Below are positions 1 through 8,631 of a stretch of DNA of 64,000 nucleotides, piece by piece (the stretch's first letter is position 1; every line of letters begins with the position of its first letter). Source of the stretch: Escherichia phage W70. The DNA lies in the sequence record OP778610; one strand, given 5' to 3'. The position numbers and the translations under genes were made by a program. The notes under the pieces are model-generated. The model saw only the letters and a program-made list of their open reading frames with translations. It was not told the origin of the DNA and searched no databases.

Positions 1-343
1 ATTGGAAAATTTTTTATATCCACAAAAATATAGGGCTTGTCAAGGTCTTTGATAAGAAATTTTCAGGAGGTGAGAATTATTCTCATTTGCAGAATAACGG
101 GCAGGGGTGGTGATTGCTTCGTGAAACCGTCCTCATCACCATGAATATATAATAGCACCGTTTTTGATTAGAAAGCAACAACATTTTAAAAATATTTTTC
201 GGTAAATTTTGGCCGAGCCACCGGCGATCCACCTTACAACCTGGCGGCGATGCCTGGTATGTTAGCCCCGCCTTTACGCCGTGGGGATGGCGATTGTTTT
301 CCTATGTAAGCATTATGGCCCCCTGGCGGGGCCGTTGTCAAGA

Positions 344-610
344 TTATTTTTTGTTTTCTTGCCAGGCCAGGACACCTAACCAAAAAATAGGATAACCGCG
401 TTTATCTTTTGGTATGTTGCTTTCCCCGCCACCGCCTTGCATCCATTCTACGCCACTGTTAAACATTTCAAGCTGATAAAGGTCGGTTATCTTTGTATCC
501 TTAAGGTTAAGGATTGTTTCAACCTTTAAGCCTGTTGCACTCGCCACTTGGTGGACCGTTCCACCTTGCCATTTTAAAGCGTGCATGAGGTGTAGTGTAG
601 TAGTTGTCAT
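344..610 (-). CDS. hypothetical protein (88 aa)
   Basis: Open frame on minus strand with weak RBS; no recognisable motif. Confidence 0.3.
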   Translation of the reverse strand: MTTTTLHLMHALKWQGGTVHQVASATGLKVETILNLKDTKITDLYQLEMFNSGVEWMQGGGGESNIPKDKRGYPIFWLGVLAWQENKK

Positions 611-722
611 GTTGTGTTGCCCTTTCTTTTGTTGTGCGCCCTGGTTGTCGCGGTAAAAAGACTATAAATGATCTTCCTTTATATAGCAAGGAAAAAGAAA
701 TTAAAAAAGATTAAAAATAATG

Positions 723-751
723 TTGACGTAGTGAATCTGGTAGCGTAGTAT
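723..751 (+). promoter_or_regulatory. sigma70-like promoter (TTGACG-17bp-TAGTAT)
   Basis: -35/-10 hexamers with 17-bp spacer upstream of ORF 809. Confidence 0.4.
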
Positions 752-808
752 TCATCTCATCGAACGGCGACATGCCAACAAGTAAACAAATAAAAGGGCA
801 ACAACAAA

Positions 809-994
809 ATGAATAAAAGAATTACAAACGTAAATCCTGGCGAACGTTTCCAACATGAGGGGCATTTGCACACTGTAGTAAGCAACAAAGAGCATACTGT
901 AAGAGTAAATAGAAATATCTTGCAACTTCGCGATCGTTTTGGTATCGTACAGACTTACACTTTCGAAGCAAATAAAACAGTTAAAACTTTCTGA
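809..994 (+). CDS. hypothetical small early protein (61 aa)
   Basis: ORF downstream of promoter; no recognisable motif. Confidence 0.45.
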   Translation: MNKRITNVNPGERFQHEGHLHTVVSNKEHTVRVNRNILQLRDRFGIVQTYTFEANKTVKTF

Positions 995-1005
995 GGATTT
1001 TTAAA

Positions 1006-1341
1006 ATGGCACTAGTCACTAAGTATTTCATTGAAGGCCAGCAAGCGGCGCAACAAGGTTACAGCCGTGTTACTCGTTACAAGAAAGAAGAAAACAAGAT
1101 TGAATTTTTCAAGGGTTACGATAGTGTAAACCGTGATGCAATGGTCCTACGCTTCGAATCCGATCCAGTGGGCAAGCCTGTTACCTCTTACCAGGCATCA
1201 CCGCAGATTGTTTATGTTGGTACTGTTAAAGAATGTAACGACAAGTTAATCACTTTGAAGCAGGCCGATCGTGCGGGTTACTTTGTTGTTTACACTGCTG
1301 ACGGTAAGCCTTACCAGTACGAAAGCAAATATTTTAAATAA
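1006..1341 (+). CDS. hypothetical protein (111 aa)
   Basis: ORF with GAGGA RBS 12 nt after previous stop. Confidence 0.5.
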   Translation: MALVTKYFIEGQQAAQQGYSRVTRYKKEENKIEFFKGYDSVNRDAMVLRFESDPVGKPVTSYQASPQIVYVGTVKECNDKLITLKQADRAGYFVVYTADGKPYQYESKYFK

Positions 1342-1347
1342 AAAGTA

Positions 1348-1405
1348 TTGACAGAAAGAAAGAAGTAAATTAAATTATACCACGTAACGCCGCAATCGTG
1401 CGGCA
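1348..1405 (+). promoter_or_regulatory. promoter (TTGACA) plus 5-prime stem-loop cassette
   Basis: TTGACA at 1348, AT-rich -10, hairpin CGCCGCAATCGTGCGGC before ORF 1423. Confidence 0.4.
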
Positions 1406-1422
1406 ATAAAAACTGATAGGAA

Positions 1423-1644
1423 TTGAACAAAATGGCTAAAATCATCATTAAAAAATCCCGTGTATCTTCTGTTGCTCGCGTCGAAATGGTAAACACTATG
1501 CCAGGTTACCGGACTCGCGAGGAAGCCCGAAGCGTTGCAAAACAGATTAAAGCCCGTGGCTTAACTGTAAGTGCACCGACCAAAACACAAGAAGGATGGA
1601 AGGTATCTATTAAATCCGGTACACTGTCGATCAATAAACACTAA
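1423..1644 (+). CDS. hypothetical basic protein (73 aa)
   Basis: ORF after promoter/hairpin cassette. Confidence 0.5.
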   Translation: MNKMAKIIIKKSRVSSVARVEMVNTMPGYRTREEARSVAKQIKARGLTVSAPTKTQEGWKVSIKSGTLSINKH

Positions 1645-1707
1645 TAGCCAAAACATTAACGGGGCAACTTTGCCCCTCACTAAATAACATTATCCAGGAG
1701 TATTAAC

Positions 1708-1866
1708 ATGACTAGCCAAAACACTAACATTGAAAAAATCAACATTACTAAAGAGCGTAAAGCATGGAATGAAACATTAAATCTGAAAGGTAAGAAGCTG
1801 AATAAAACTAAACGCGATCGCAGTACAAAGCGGGCCTTTTGTGAATTTACAGCGGATCAAGAATGA
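1708..1866 (+). CDS. hypothetical small basic protein (52 aa)
   Basis: ATG at 1708 after CAGGAG RBS; stop overlaps next ATG (ATGA); below the 60-aa ORF track cutoff. Confidence 0.4.
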   Translation: MTSQNTNIEKINITKERKAWNETLNLKGKKLNKTKRDRSTKRAFCEFTADQE

Positions 1867-2162
1867 TGATTAAAGTTATTGCACTTACTGCCTTATTGTG
1901 TATACCATTTTTGGCGCACGGTACTAAGTTTTACGGTGCTAACTTGATAGATTGTAAAGCTCATATGCTGGACCATGAAACAGGCAACAAATTTGTTAAG
2001 CCTTTCCAGATCAATCCGGCGGTGTTTACTGACGGTGTTTTATATCAGGAAGGTAAAGCCAGTACGCTGATAATCCATTACGATCCAGCGACAAAGAAAG
2101 GTAGTTTATCAATCCAGGTTGAAGGCGCGGAAGAGTTTTCAGGTAAAATAATCTGCAATTAA
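1863..2162 (+). CDS. hypothetical exported protein (99 aa)
   Basis: N-terminal hydrophobic signal-like segment MMIKVIALTALLCIPFLAHG. Confidence 0.5.
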   Translation: MMIKVIALTALLCIPFLAHGTKFYGANLIDCKAHMLDHETGNKFVKPFQINPAVFTDGVLYQEGKASTLIIHYDPATKKGSLSIQVEGAEEFSGKIICN

Positions 2163-2170
2163 TATGTTAA

Positions 2171-2199
2171 GGCCCGCCATTGTGCGGGCCTTTCTTTTA
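2171..2199 (+). terminator. rho-independent terminator
   Basis: GGCCCGC-loop-GCGGGCC hairpin followed by T-tract. Confidence 0.6.
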
Positions 2200-2222
2200 T
2201 GAAAATAATTTTGAAAATGTTG

Positions 2223-2291
2223 TTGACAGCACCGATTAAAAGCGTATGATGTATTACATCAGGACGGGGAACCAAACAAGTAACTCCCCGT
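2223..2291 (+). promoter_or_regulatory. promoter (TTGACA..TATGAT) plus stem-loop
   Basis: Hexamers with 16-bp spacer then hairpin ACGGGGA..TCCCCGT. Confidence 0.4.
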
Positions 2292-2340
2292 TAAGTAGTC
2301 CAGGAGTAAGACATACGAAAACCTCCCCTGATAAAATAGT

Positions 2341-2399
2341 TTGACAATAGTTTTTAGTACTGTATAATACATTACATCAAGGGGAGAATAGTTCTCCCC
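2341..2399 (+). promoter_or_regulatory. promoter (TTGACA-17-TATAAT) plus stem-loop cassette
   Basis: Consensus hexamers; hairpin GGGGAGAATAGTTCTCCCC; RBS then ATG 2420. Confidence 0.55.
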
Positions 2400-2419
2400 A
2401 CATCAAAGGAATCAAAACA

Positions 2420-2647
2420 ATGGCTATCGTAATCACTCGCGTATCTGGTACAGTTGGCAATGCGGCAGTAGTAGCGGTTATCACTAATAAGAAAGGTGCG
2501 GAACTACATTTTGCAATGTATAACTGGTCAGTTGATGAGTTTGGTCAGTACGCTAGTGTAGAATACATTGAAACCTATCAAGTGCCGTCGATTAGTTTAA
2601 CTGATTTGGGCGTTGAGCGTATCCTTTGCCTGGATGAATTAAATTAA
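2420..2647 (+). CDS. hypothetical protein (75 aa)
   Basis: ORF with AAGGAAT RBS after cassette. Confidence 0.5.
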   Translation: MAIVITRVSGTVGNAAVVAVITNKKGAELHFAMYNWSVDEFGQYASVEYIETYQVPSISLTDLGVERILCLDELN

Positions 2648-2655
2648 AAAAGTAC

Positions 2656-2716
2656 TTGCAAAGTAAAACGAATAACGTATAATACATTACATCAAGGGGA
2701 GAAATGATTCTCCCCA
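2656..2716 (+). promoter_or_regulatory. promoter (TTGCAA..TATAAT) plus stem-loop cassette
   Basis: Near-identical 27-mer GTATAATACATTACATCAAGGGGAGAA shared with cassette at 2362. Confidence 0.5.
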
Positions 2717-2732
2717 CTAAGAGGAAACTAAG

Positions 2733-2873
2733 ATGAAAACTTGCCAGTGTGGTAAAAAGTCTATTGCTGGTCTGCGTCGCGGTGTTGCTTTATGCCAGTA
2801 TCATTACAATAGTCAAGTATGGGGTAAAACGTGGGCTGACCAGGTTGAAGCAGCAAAGAAAGCAAAAAAGTAA
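2733..2873 (+). CDS. hypothetical Cys-rich small protein (46 aa)
   Basis: ATG after GAGGAAA RBS; CxC..C pattern; below ORF track cutoff. Confidence 0.4.
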   Translation: MKTCQCGKKSIAGLRRGVALCQYHYNSQVWGKTWADQVEAAKKAKK

Positions 2874-2930
2874 TTGACAGCAGGAAGAAAAAGAGTAAAC
2901 TGTATTACGTAGGGCGGCAATAGCGCCGCC
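2874..2930 (+). promoter_or_regulatory. promoter (TTGACA) plus stem-loop GGCGGCAATAGCGCCGCC
   Basis: Cassette similar to the one at 6724. Confidence 0.45.
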
Positions 2931-2951
2931 ACATCAAAGAGAGAAATCAAA

Positions 2952-3170
2952 ATGGCTAATATCCGCACACTGTTAAAAAATGCAAAAGAAGTTTTATTTT
3001 CTGACGATGAATATTTTAATCGCAATATCAAAGGCGTTCGGAACATTAAGGATATAAAGGAATTATTTGGAATCAAAGGTAACGTATATCGTAAAGGATT
3101 GCACGGTAATAATTTTGAATATAAGTTGGCTGATAGTGATTATAATTTTACACTGACCATCATTAGTTGA
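2952..3170 (+). CDS. hypothetical protein (72 aa)
   Basis: ORF with GAGAGA RBS after cassette. Confidence 0.5.
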   Translation: MANIRTLLKNAKEVLFSDDEYFNRNIKGVRNIKDIKELFGIKGNVYRKGLHGNNFEYKLADSDYNFTLTIIS

Positions 3171-3189
3171 AAGTTTTAATCTAGCGCTA

Positions 3190-3218
3190 TTGACTTAAGC
3201 CGATAGTGCTGGCATAAT
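3190..3218 (+). promoter_or_regulatory. sigma70-like promoter (TTGACT-17-CATAAT)
   Basis: Hexamers; cassette paralogous to promoter at 3483. Confidence 0.45.
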
Positions 3219-3250
3219 AACTTTTATCAAGAACATCAAAGGAAAGTAAA

Positions 3251-3463
3251 ATGGCTATCATTACTAAAATCAAAGTAAACAAAACACTGGTTAAGCTGGA
3301 AGAAGTGAAAGCAGGTTATAAAGTATCTTGGTGTGGCATGTATCGGATGTTCACAGATATAGACGATGCAATCAATTACTACACTAACACGATTAAAAAC
3401 TTTGTTCGTGCTGATGTGATTATTGCAGTGGAAGCACATAAAGCATCGAAAGAAAGTAAGTAA
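3251..3463 (+). CDS. hypothetical protein (70 aa)
   Basis: ORF with AAGGAAA RBS. Confidence 0.5.
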   Translation: MAIITKIKVNKTLVKLEEVKAGYKVSWCGMYRMFTDIDDAINYYTNTIKNFVRADVIIAVEAHKASKESK

Positions 3464-3482
3464 AATTATTACCACAGTACTA

Positions 3483-3511
3483 TTGACAACTACTGATAGT
3501 ACTGACATAAT
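3483..3511 (+). promoter_or_regulatory. sigma70-like promoter (TTGACA-17-CATAAT)
   Basis: Hexamers; shares CTGATAGTACTG..CATAATAACTTTTAT with promoter at 3190. Confidence 0.45.
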
Positions 3512-3556
3512 AACTTTTATTAAGTACTACAAATCAAACAAAGAGAGAATACAATC

Positions 3557-3796
3557 ATGGCTAACAACAAAACTTTTAACGGTCACAAAAACAAAACTCA
3601 TTGGAATGTTTCCTTGTGGATTAATAACGATGCATCACTGTATCGACTGGCTAATGATTTCATCGTCGCTAACACTAATCGTAACGATGCGGCCCGTCAT
3701 ATGATGTTATTTTTAGAACAAACCGGACAACATAAAACACCGGACGGATTCAAGTATAGTACTACTGCAATCCGTGCCGCGATGGTTGGGATGTAA
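3557..3796 (+). CDS. hypothetical protein (79 aa)
   Basis: ORF with GAGAGAA RBS. Confidence 0.5.
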   Translation: MANNKTFNGHKNKTHWNVSLWINNDASLYRLANDFIVANTNRNDAARHMMLFLEQTGQHKTPDGFKYSTTAIRAAMVGM

Positions 3797-3853
3797 TATT
3801 CAGTACTGAATCAATGGCGGGGAATAGTTCCCGCCTTTACTGAGGATTATCTA

Positions 3854-4138
3854 ATGAGCAAAGTAATTAATAGTAAAGTACTGAGTAAAACATTAACACT
3901 CACTGAGTGCACCAATGGCTTTTGGCTATACGATTCTACCCGTGGCATGAATATAGCTATGCAAGCGAAATCAGAGGAGGCTGCATTTGTTGAAGCCCTG
4001 GGATACTATCAGAGACGTCTACAGGAAGTAGAAAACAATTACACCAGCCTTAAAGCGAAAGTAGACCATTTCATCGGGCAAGTGGTAGAAGATGATGAGG
4101 ATGGTCACTATTGCGAACGCTGCGGATCTTACAGCTAA
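3854..4138 (+). CDS. hypothetical protein (94 aa), C-terminal CxxC
   Basis: ORF with GAGGA RBS, preceded by hairpin GGCGGGGAATAGTTCCCGCC. Confidence 0.5.
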   Translation: MSKVINSKVLSKTLTLTECTNGFWLYDSTRGMNIAMQAKSEEAAFVEALGYYQRRLQEVENNYTSLKAKVDHFIGQVVEDDEDGHYCERCGSYS

Positions 4139-4146
4139 AAAAGTAG

Positions 4147-4203
4147 TTGACACAAAGAAACAAAACAAGTAAATTAATCACATCAGGCGGGGAATGGACC
4201 CGC
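4147..4203 (+). promoter_or_regulatory. promoter (TTGACA-17-TAAATT) plus stem-loop cassette
   Basis: About 90% identical to cassette at 6264. Confidence 0.5.
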
Positions 4204-4225
4204 TAAAAGAGAAGAGAGAAATCAA

Positions 4226-4558
4226 ATGAGCTTTTTATCTATCGTACAGACTAACTTTGAAAATGATTTCATTGCTCAAGCTATCAACATCGACAAAGGT
4301 ATCCCAAATATCAATTTTGGTTACAATAGCGGTGGTTATGAAAGATACCAGTATTTTGTAACTGACGATGGAAGTGTTTTAGGTATCAATACAGTGATGG
4401 CTAATATCCAAAACATTAATTTCAATGATCCCGATGAGCGCTCATTTTATATCGTCGGTATCCAGGTAAACTATGAAGATGATACGTTAACCGATGATTA
4501 CACAGGTGAAGTATTAGAAAGTGTTTACGGTGATGAATCAGAAGAAGAAGAAGAATAA
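4226..4558 (+). CDS. hypothetical acidic protein (110 aa)
   Basis: ORF with GAGAGA RBS; C-terminal SEEEEE. Confidence 0.5.
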   Translation: MSFLSIVQTNFENDFIAQAINIDKGIPNINFGYNSGGYERYQYFVTDDGSVLGINTVMANIQNINFNDPDERSFYIVGIQVNYEDDTLTDDYTGEVLESVYGDESEEEEE

Positions 4559-4573
4559 GATTAGAAAAAGTAG

Positions 4574-4633
4574 TTGACGGAAAGAGTATAAAGAAGTAAG
4601 ATAATTAACGAATAGGGGGAAACATCTTCCCCC
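4574..4633 (+). promoter_or_regulatory. promoter (TTGACG-17-TAAGAT) plus stem-loop GGGGGAAACATCTTCCCCC
   Basis: Hexamers and hairpin before ORF 4658. Confidence 0.45.
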
Positions 4634-4657
4634 ATAAACAAAAAGAGAGATTGAAAA

Positions 4658-4840
4658 ATGACAGAACTGATTGCAACTACAAAGATCGAAGGCGTTAACG
4701 ATGTTACTTTGTCCTATGATCCTTCTACTCTGGTTTATGTTGTGAAATATGGCAGAATGATCGCAGAACTTGATTGCATTGATGAGGCTTTCGAAAAATA
4801 TTTCGAACTTATCAATATTGCTTATGATGACTACCGTTAA
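4658..4840 (+). CDS. hypothetical protein (60 aa)
   Basis: ORF with GAGAGA RBS. Confidence 0.45.
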   Translation: MTELIATTKIEGVNDVTLSYDPSTLVYVVKYGRMIAELDCIDEAFEKYFELINIAYDDYR

Positions 4841-4870
4841 TATACAACGTAAAAATAGAAAGGTGATAAA

Positions 4871-5080
4871 ATGATCAATGAAAAAACAATCAATGATGTT
4901 CGCGAGGAAGTTTTAGCCGTTGCTGTAGAATCGGGTGCACGTCAGGCATTTTGGAAAGCTACTGATCTTTACCCCGAGCAAGCCGAAAATATTCTTAATC
5001 AGGTCAGCGTTAAACTTGAACAAATAGGCAAACTGAAAACAAGTGAGCGCCTCGACCAAATCATTAAAGAAAGTTTTTGA
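4871..5080 (+). CDS. hypothetical protein (69 aa)
   Basis: ORF with AAAGGTGA RBS. Confidence 0.45.
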   Translation: MINEKTINDVREEVLAVAVESGARQAFWKATDLYPEQAENILNQVSVKLEQIGKLKTSERLDQIIKESF

Positions 5081-5144
5081 TTGACTTTTAACATTGCCCC
5101 TATTAGTATTCAGGGGCAAGATTAAAAGAAACAAGGACACAAAG

Positions 5145-5456
5145 ATGAACGATATTGTTAGCATTATAGGTTTACTGGGCGTAGGCTACGTCGCCACATC
5201 AATTACAATGAGTTACTTCAATAAAAGGCGTGATAAAATGTTTTGTTACTTTGAATACCGTTACCGTGGTAAGGTTGGATCATCCCGTGACTATGGTCCG
5301 ATGTTAGAGATTGATGCGGTTGGCGCTATGCAGTATCGCCAGTCACTAGGGGCTGAAATAATTTTTGAAGTGTACCGCAGTACAGAAGAAGAGATCCACG
5401 ACATTATTGACGAGCGTCAATATTACCACGAACAACAAACTAAACGCAGGGCTTAA
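5145..5456 (+). CDS. hypothetical membrane protein (103 aa)
   Basis: Start moved to internal ATG with AAGGA RBS; N-terminal TM helix. Confidence 0.45.
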   Translation: MNDIVSIIGLLGVGYVATSITMSYFNKRRDKMFCYFEYRYRGKVGSSRDYGPMLEIDAVGAMQYRQSLGAEIIFEVYRSTEEEIHDIIDERQYYHEQQTKRRA

Positions 5457-5459
5457 CAT

Positions 5460-5597
5460 ATGACTAATACAAACCGACAAAAAATCATCAAAACTAAAAA
5501 ACTTGATTTCAATACTTATCAAGAATGCAAGAAGAAAGTAAAAGATAAGCGAGAGAACAAGCGGCACGAATGGATAAGCAATACAATCGATCTTTAA
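5460..5597 (+). CDS. hypothetical small basic protein (45 aa)
   Basis: ATG 3 nt after previous stop; followed by terminator; below ORF track cutoff. Confidence 0.35.
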   Translation: MTNTNRQKIIKTKKLDFNTYQECKKKVKDKRENKRHEWISNTIDL

Positions 5598-5606
5598 TAT
5601 CAACCT

Positions 5607-5630
5607 AAGCCCACTATGTGGGCTTTTCTT
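5607..5630 (+). terminator. rho-independent terminator
   Basis: AAGCCCAC-loop-GTGGGCTT hairpin plus T-tract. Confidence 0.6.
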
Positions 5631-5643
5631 ATGGAGAACAGAC

Positions 5644-5871
5644 ATGATTAATATTCTTTCACTTACAGAAGTGATCCGCTTCCTCAAAAACAACGCCCTG
5701 GGAACGTCTATAACGTATCTAATCCCGCAAGGTAAGGATTATGCCAGCGTTACACGTTCAATCACTGCTACGGCTTCCAGAGAAGAAATAAAGGTCAGCG
5801 TAAGCCAATTGTTGATTGTTGATCCGTCATCTTGCGAGACTATCCAGGCAGTAAAGATAATTAGAAAATAA
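5644..5871 (+). CDS. hypothetical protein (75 aa)
   Basis: ORF with GGAGAA RBS. Confidence 0.4.
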   Translation: MINILSLTEVIRFLKNNALGTSITYLIPQGKDYASVTRSITATASREEIKVSVSQLLIVDPSSCETIQAVKIIRK

Positions 5872-5956
5872 TTTAAAAAACTTCTTGCATCCATTATTGA
5901 GAAGATGTACATTAGTTTCATCAAGACGAGATGATGACAATCAAAAGGTGATTACT

Positions 5957-6250
5957 ATGTTATACGAAGTTTTTGCGGGATTTTGTTTTTATGGTGCTGC
6001 CGCCGTTCGCCAATGTGATGATTATGTAGTTGAGTCATTCGATGATCCTTTGGCGTGTGAGATTGTTACTACGGCGTATGAGCAAGATCGCCGTTGGATT
6101 AATCCGGCCTGTATCGCATCGCCTGAGGTTGAACCTATGCCGGAAGGTGAGGAATTAACAGAGGAAGACTTGCAAGAAGTAAAAGAAGTTATGAGCTACA
6201 TGATTGATAATCTGGACGCTGAAAACTTACAACGGGCTTTGCAAAAATAA
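5957..6250 (+). CDS. hypothetical acidic protein (97 aa)
   Basis: Start moved to ATG with AAGGTG RBS. Confidence 0.45.
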   Translation: MLYEVFAGFCFYGAAAVRQCDDYVVESFDDPLACEIVTTAYEQDRRWINPACIASPEVEPMPEGEELTEEDLQEVKEVMSYMIDNLDAENLQRALQK

Positions 6251-6263
6251 TTTGAAAAAGTAG

Positions 6264-6320
6264 TTGACTCAAAGAAGCAAAACAAGTAAATTATTCACAT
6301 CAGGCGGGGAATGGCCCCGC
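6264..6320 (+). promoter_or_regulatory. promoter (TTGACT-17-TAAATT) plus stem-loop cassette
   Basis: Paralogue of cassette at 4147. Confidence 0.5.
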
Positions 6321-6336
6321 TAAACAAAAAGAGATT

Positions 6337-6717
6337 ATGAAAATGGCTAAAAATACTAACGTTTGTGATTACGCTAACCTGGTTACTCTGAATGCAGATT
6401 CTAAAATTAAACTAAGCGAGGTTGAAGCTATTCATATTCTGGCCCGTCGTTGGTTCCAACAATCATACGGCAATACTTATTTCTCTTTAAGTGTAGACGT
6501 GGAGATCGCTGGTAAATTGGTTCAAGTGGTTAGCGTGCCGTTCCAATATGGTTATGGTGATCATTTCGATACCGTGGCACTAGAAGAATTTAGCAAGGTT
6601 ATCAACATGGAAGGCAAGGAGTTTTCACGCGGTAGCTATCTATCCCGTTTTTGCCGTGACAACAATATCCCTGTTTATTCGAACGCCGTTGATGTTAAAC
6701 GCAAAAAAGATATGTAA
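6337..6717 (+). CDS. hypothetical protein (126 aa)
   Basis: ORF with AAGAGA RBS after cassette. Confidence 0.5.
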   Translation: MKMAKNTNVCDYANLVTLNADSKIKLSEVEAIHILARRWFQQSYGNTYFSLSVDVEIAGKLVQVVSVPFQYGYGDHFDTVALEEFSKVINMEGKEFSRGSYLSRFCRDNNIPVYSNAVDVKRKKDM

Positions 6718-6723
6718 TTATTA

Positions 6724-6782
6724 TTGACAGTACAAAGAAAACGAGTAAACTGTATTACATAGAAAGCGGGAACACTTCCCGC
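6724..6782 (+). promoter_or_regulatory. promoter (TTGACA..TAAACT) plus stem-loop GCGGGAACACTTCCCGC
   Basis: Paralogue of cassette at 2874. Confidence 0.45.
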
Positions 6783-6804
6783 TTATATTCTAGGAGTAAG
6801 AGAA

Positions 6805-7158
6805 ATGATCGAACAAATCAAAACTACGACGGCTAATGTAACGGGAACGGTAGCACACTTTACTAGTGATGAATCGCGGGGCGTTCCCTATTGTGCTGTA
6901 CATGTAAACACTGAGGGTAACTACTGGTTTACGGTTTACGGATCATATTCATTTGGACGGCCAGGGCATCAAAAAATTCTGGATAAAGTACAACCAACGG
7001 GTAAAAATATTACCGCTGAGATGTTTAATAAATCACTTGCAAAGTTAAAAGCACTGAAAGATTTTGGCTTTAAAGATCTAGTTATCAAACGTGATGAAAA
7101 ATTCCGCTTCCGTAATGATCTGGCAAATCGCTACTATGAAATCTATGAAGCACTTTAA
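6805..7158 (+). CDS. hypothetical protein (117 aa)
   Basis: ORF with AGGAG RBS. Confidence 0.5.
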   Translation: MIEQIKTTTANVTGTVAHFTSDESRGVPYCAVHVNTEGNYWFTVYGSYSFGRPGHQKILDKVQPTGKNITAEMFNKSLAKLKALKDFGFKDLVIKRDEKFRFRNDLANRYYEIYEAL

Positions 7159-7164
7159 TAAAAA

Positions 7165-7186
7165 GGGCCGCAATAGCGGCCTTTTC
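7165..7186 (+). terminator. rho-independent terminator
   Basis: GGGCCGCAATAGCGGCC hairpin plus TTTTC. Confidence 0.55.
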
Positions 7187-7268
7187 TATTGACACCTGCT
7201 AACCATTCCTTTAATATGCATCTTGTAGGGCAAGCAATAACGCAAGCCCACAAATAGGACAAACTATT

Positions 7269-7466
7269 ATGACCATCGCTAATGAACTGATCGCCGTATT
7301 GAATGAAGCCAAATCTAATGAAATCGATGTACAGATCAAGGAATTACCCAATGGCCTGATAGGTTGCACTTGCACCTGTATCGGAAGTGACTACACAGAG
7401 GTAAGCTCTCTAGAATCTCTCATTCGTCACTTGAAATCAATAGTTGAAGATTGGAGAATCATCTAA
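7269..7466 (+). CDS. hypothetical protein (65 aa)
   Basis: ORF; last gene of plus-strand early block. Confidence 0.45.
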   Translation: MTIANELIAVLNEAKSNEIDVQIKELPNGLIGCTCTCIGSDYTEVSSLESLIRHLKSIVEDWRII

Positions 7467-7603
7467 TAAACCAGGGGCCGCAATAGTGGCCCTTGTCATG
7501 TCCATCGGTGCGACTCTCCCAACCCTATTAATCCCTTCCCCATTTGGATCATCATAACTTACCTCATCTAATCATTAATCTAATCCCCTTTGGAATCTCT
7601 CCC

Positions 7604-8011
7604 CCACAAATCTAAACTAATCTGATAGCTTACCATAACATAATCCACAAAGAAAGAACTATTTTGCCCACAAAGAAAGGCAGTTTTAAAGAGATACCAT
7701 TGCCAGAGTATGGAGGTGGCGCGACCGTAGGGAGCGACACTATAAAACGAGTATACCCCTCCTACCGCTATGCGGTCATCGGTGATAACCGATATCGTTA
7801 CACGCTATCTGTTCTCTTCGTTTCCTCGTTTTATAGTGTCTATATGTAGTAATCTTTTATTCTTTGTCAATACATTATCGAAGATAATATTGAATTATTT
7901 AATGCTTTGTTATTCATATAAAGTGAATAGCTAGTCAATAGGAAGGCCGTTAGTGTGACCACACAAAGAGGCTATGCACCACAAAGAGAGGCCGTACTTG
8001 CCCACAAAAGG
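7604..8011. repeat. array of six CCACAAAG(A/G)(A/G) direct repeats (DnaA-box-like)
   Basis: Copies near 7604, 7645, 7668, 7959, 7978, 8001; TAATCCACA at 7642. Confidence 0.6.
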
Positions 8012-8117
8012 AGCAAACAAGCAAGGCGGTACGCCAGTTTGCTAATGAGCGTAGCTCTTTTGCTAGACAAAACTCTCTTCTCTCTTCTTTCCCAAAATAA
8101 ATTTTTTCTTGCTTTTA

Positions 8118-8285
8118 TTGCCAGAGTATGGCGGGGCGCTCAGGCTATTGATGGCCCTGATGGAGTCGCTCCTGCACAGTTGGGATAGTTCATCGTTGGA
8201 TAGTCACAAGTTGGTATTATTCTTCCCACTAGTTGGAACAGGCCAGAACTGGCGGGGCTTGGAGTCGCTCCACTTGTTGGACGGA
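8118..8285. repeat. duplicated TTGCCAGAGTATGG segment plus five GTTGG-type repeats
   Basis: TTGCCAGAGTATGG at 7700 and 8118; GGAGTCGCTCC twice; GTTGG every 15-20 bp. Confidence 0.55.
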
Positions 8286-8631
8286 AGAAGGGCGCTTGCA
8301 GTGCGTATAAGTTGTATTATGTTAAATGCAGATCGAAATCGGTATTCTAAACCAGATTCAGAAGTCAATAGAAATCTTTAACTTTATTGTTGGGGCAGCA
8401 CAACATTTTTCTTGACAAGTCGAATCAAAGATGTATTGTGGATTGAAAATAAATGAAGATAATGCTTGACTTCTTGGATATTTTGAAAACATCGGACCCC
8501 CTCCCCCTCCCCCACGGTCGCCGTGCCTGGCAGCAGTATCGATACGCTAGGATATTTTAGCCCCTACTGGACAAGACACCCCCCCGTCAGTTATAATGGG
8601 GGTATACCTATAGAAAAGTAAGGAGGTTGTA

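Noticed and set aside
7664-8381. ORF-track entries 7664..7849, 7955..8188 and 8109..8381 as genes
   Set aside because: They lie inside the repeat arrays, lack an RBS, and their translations are low-complexity readings of the repeats (LPEYGG duplicated). They are more likely non-coding or decayed fragments.
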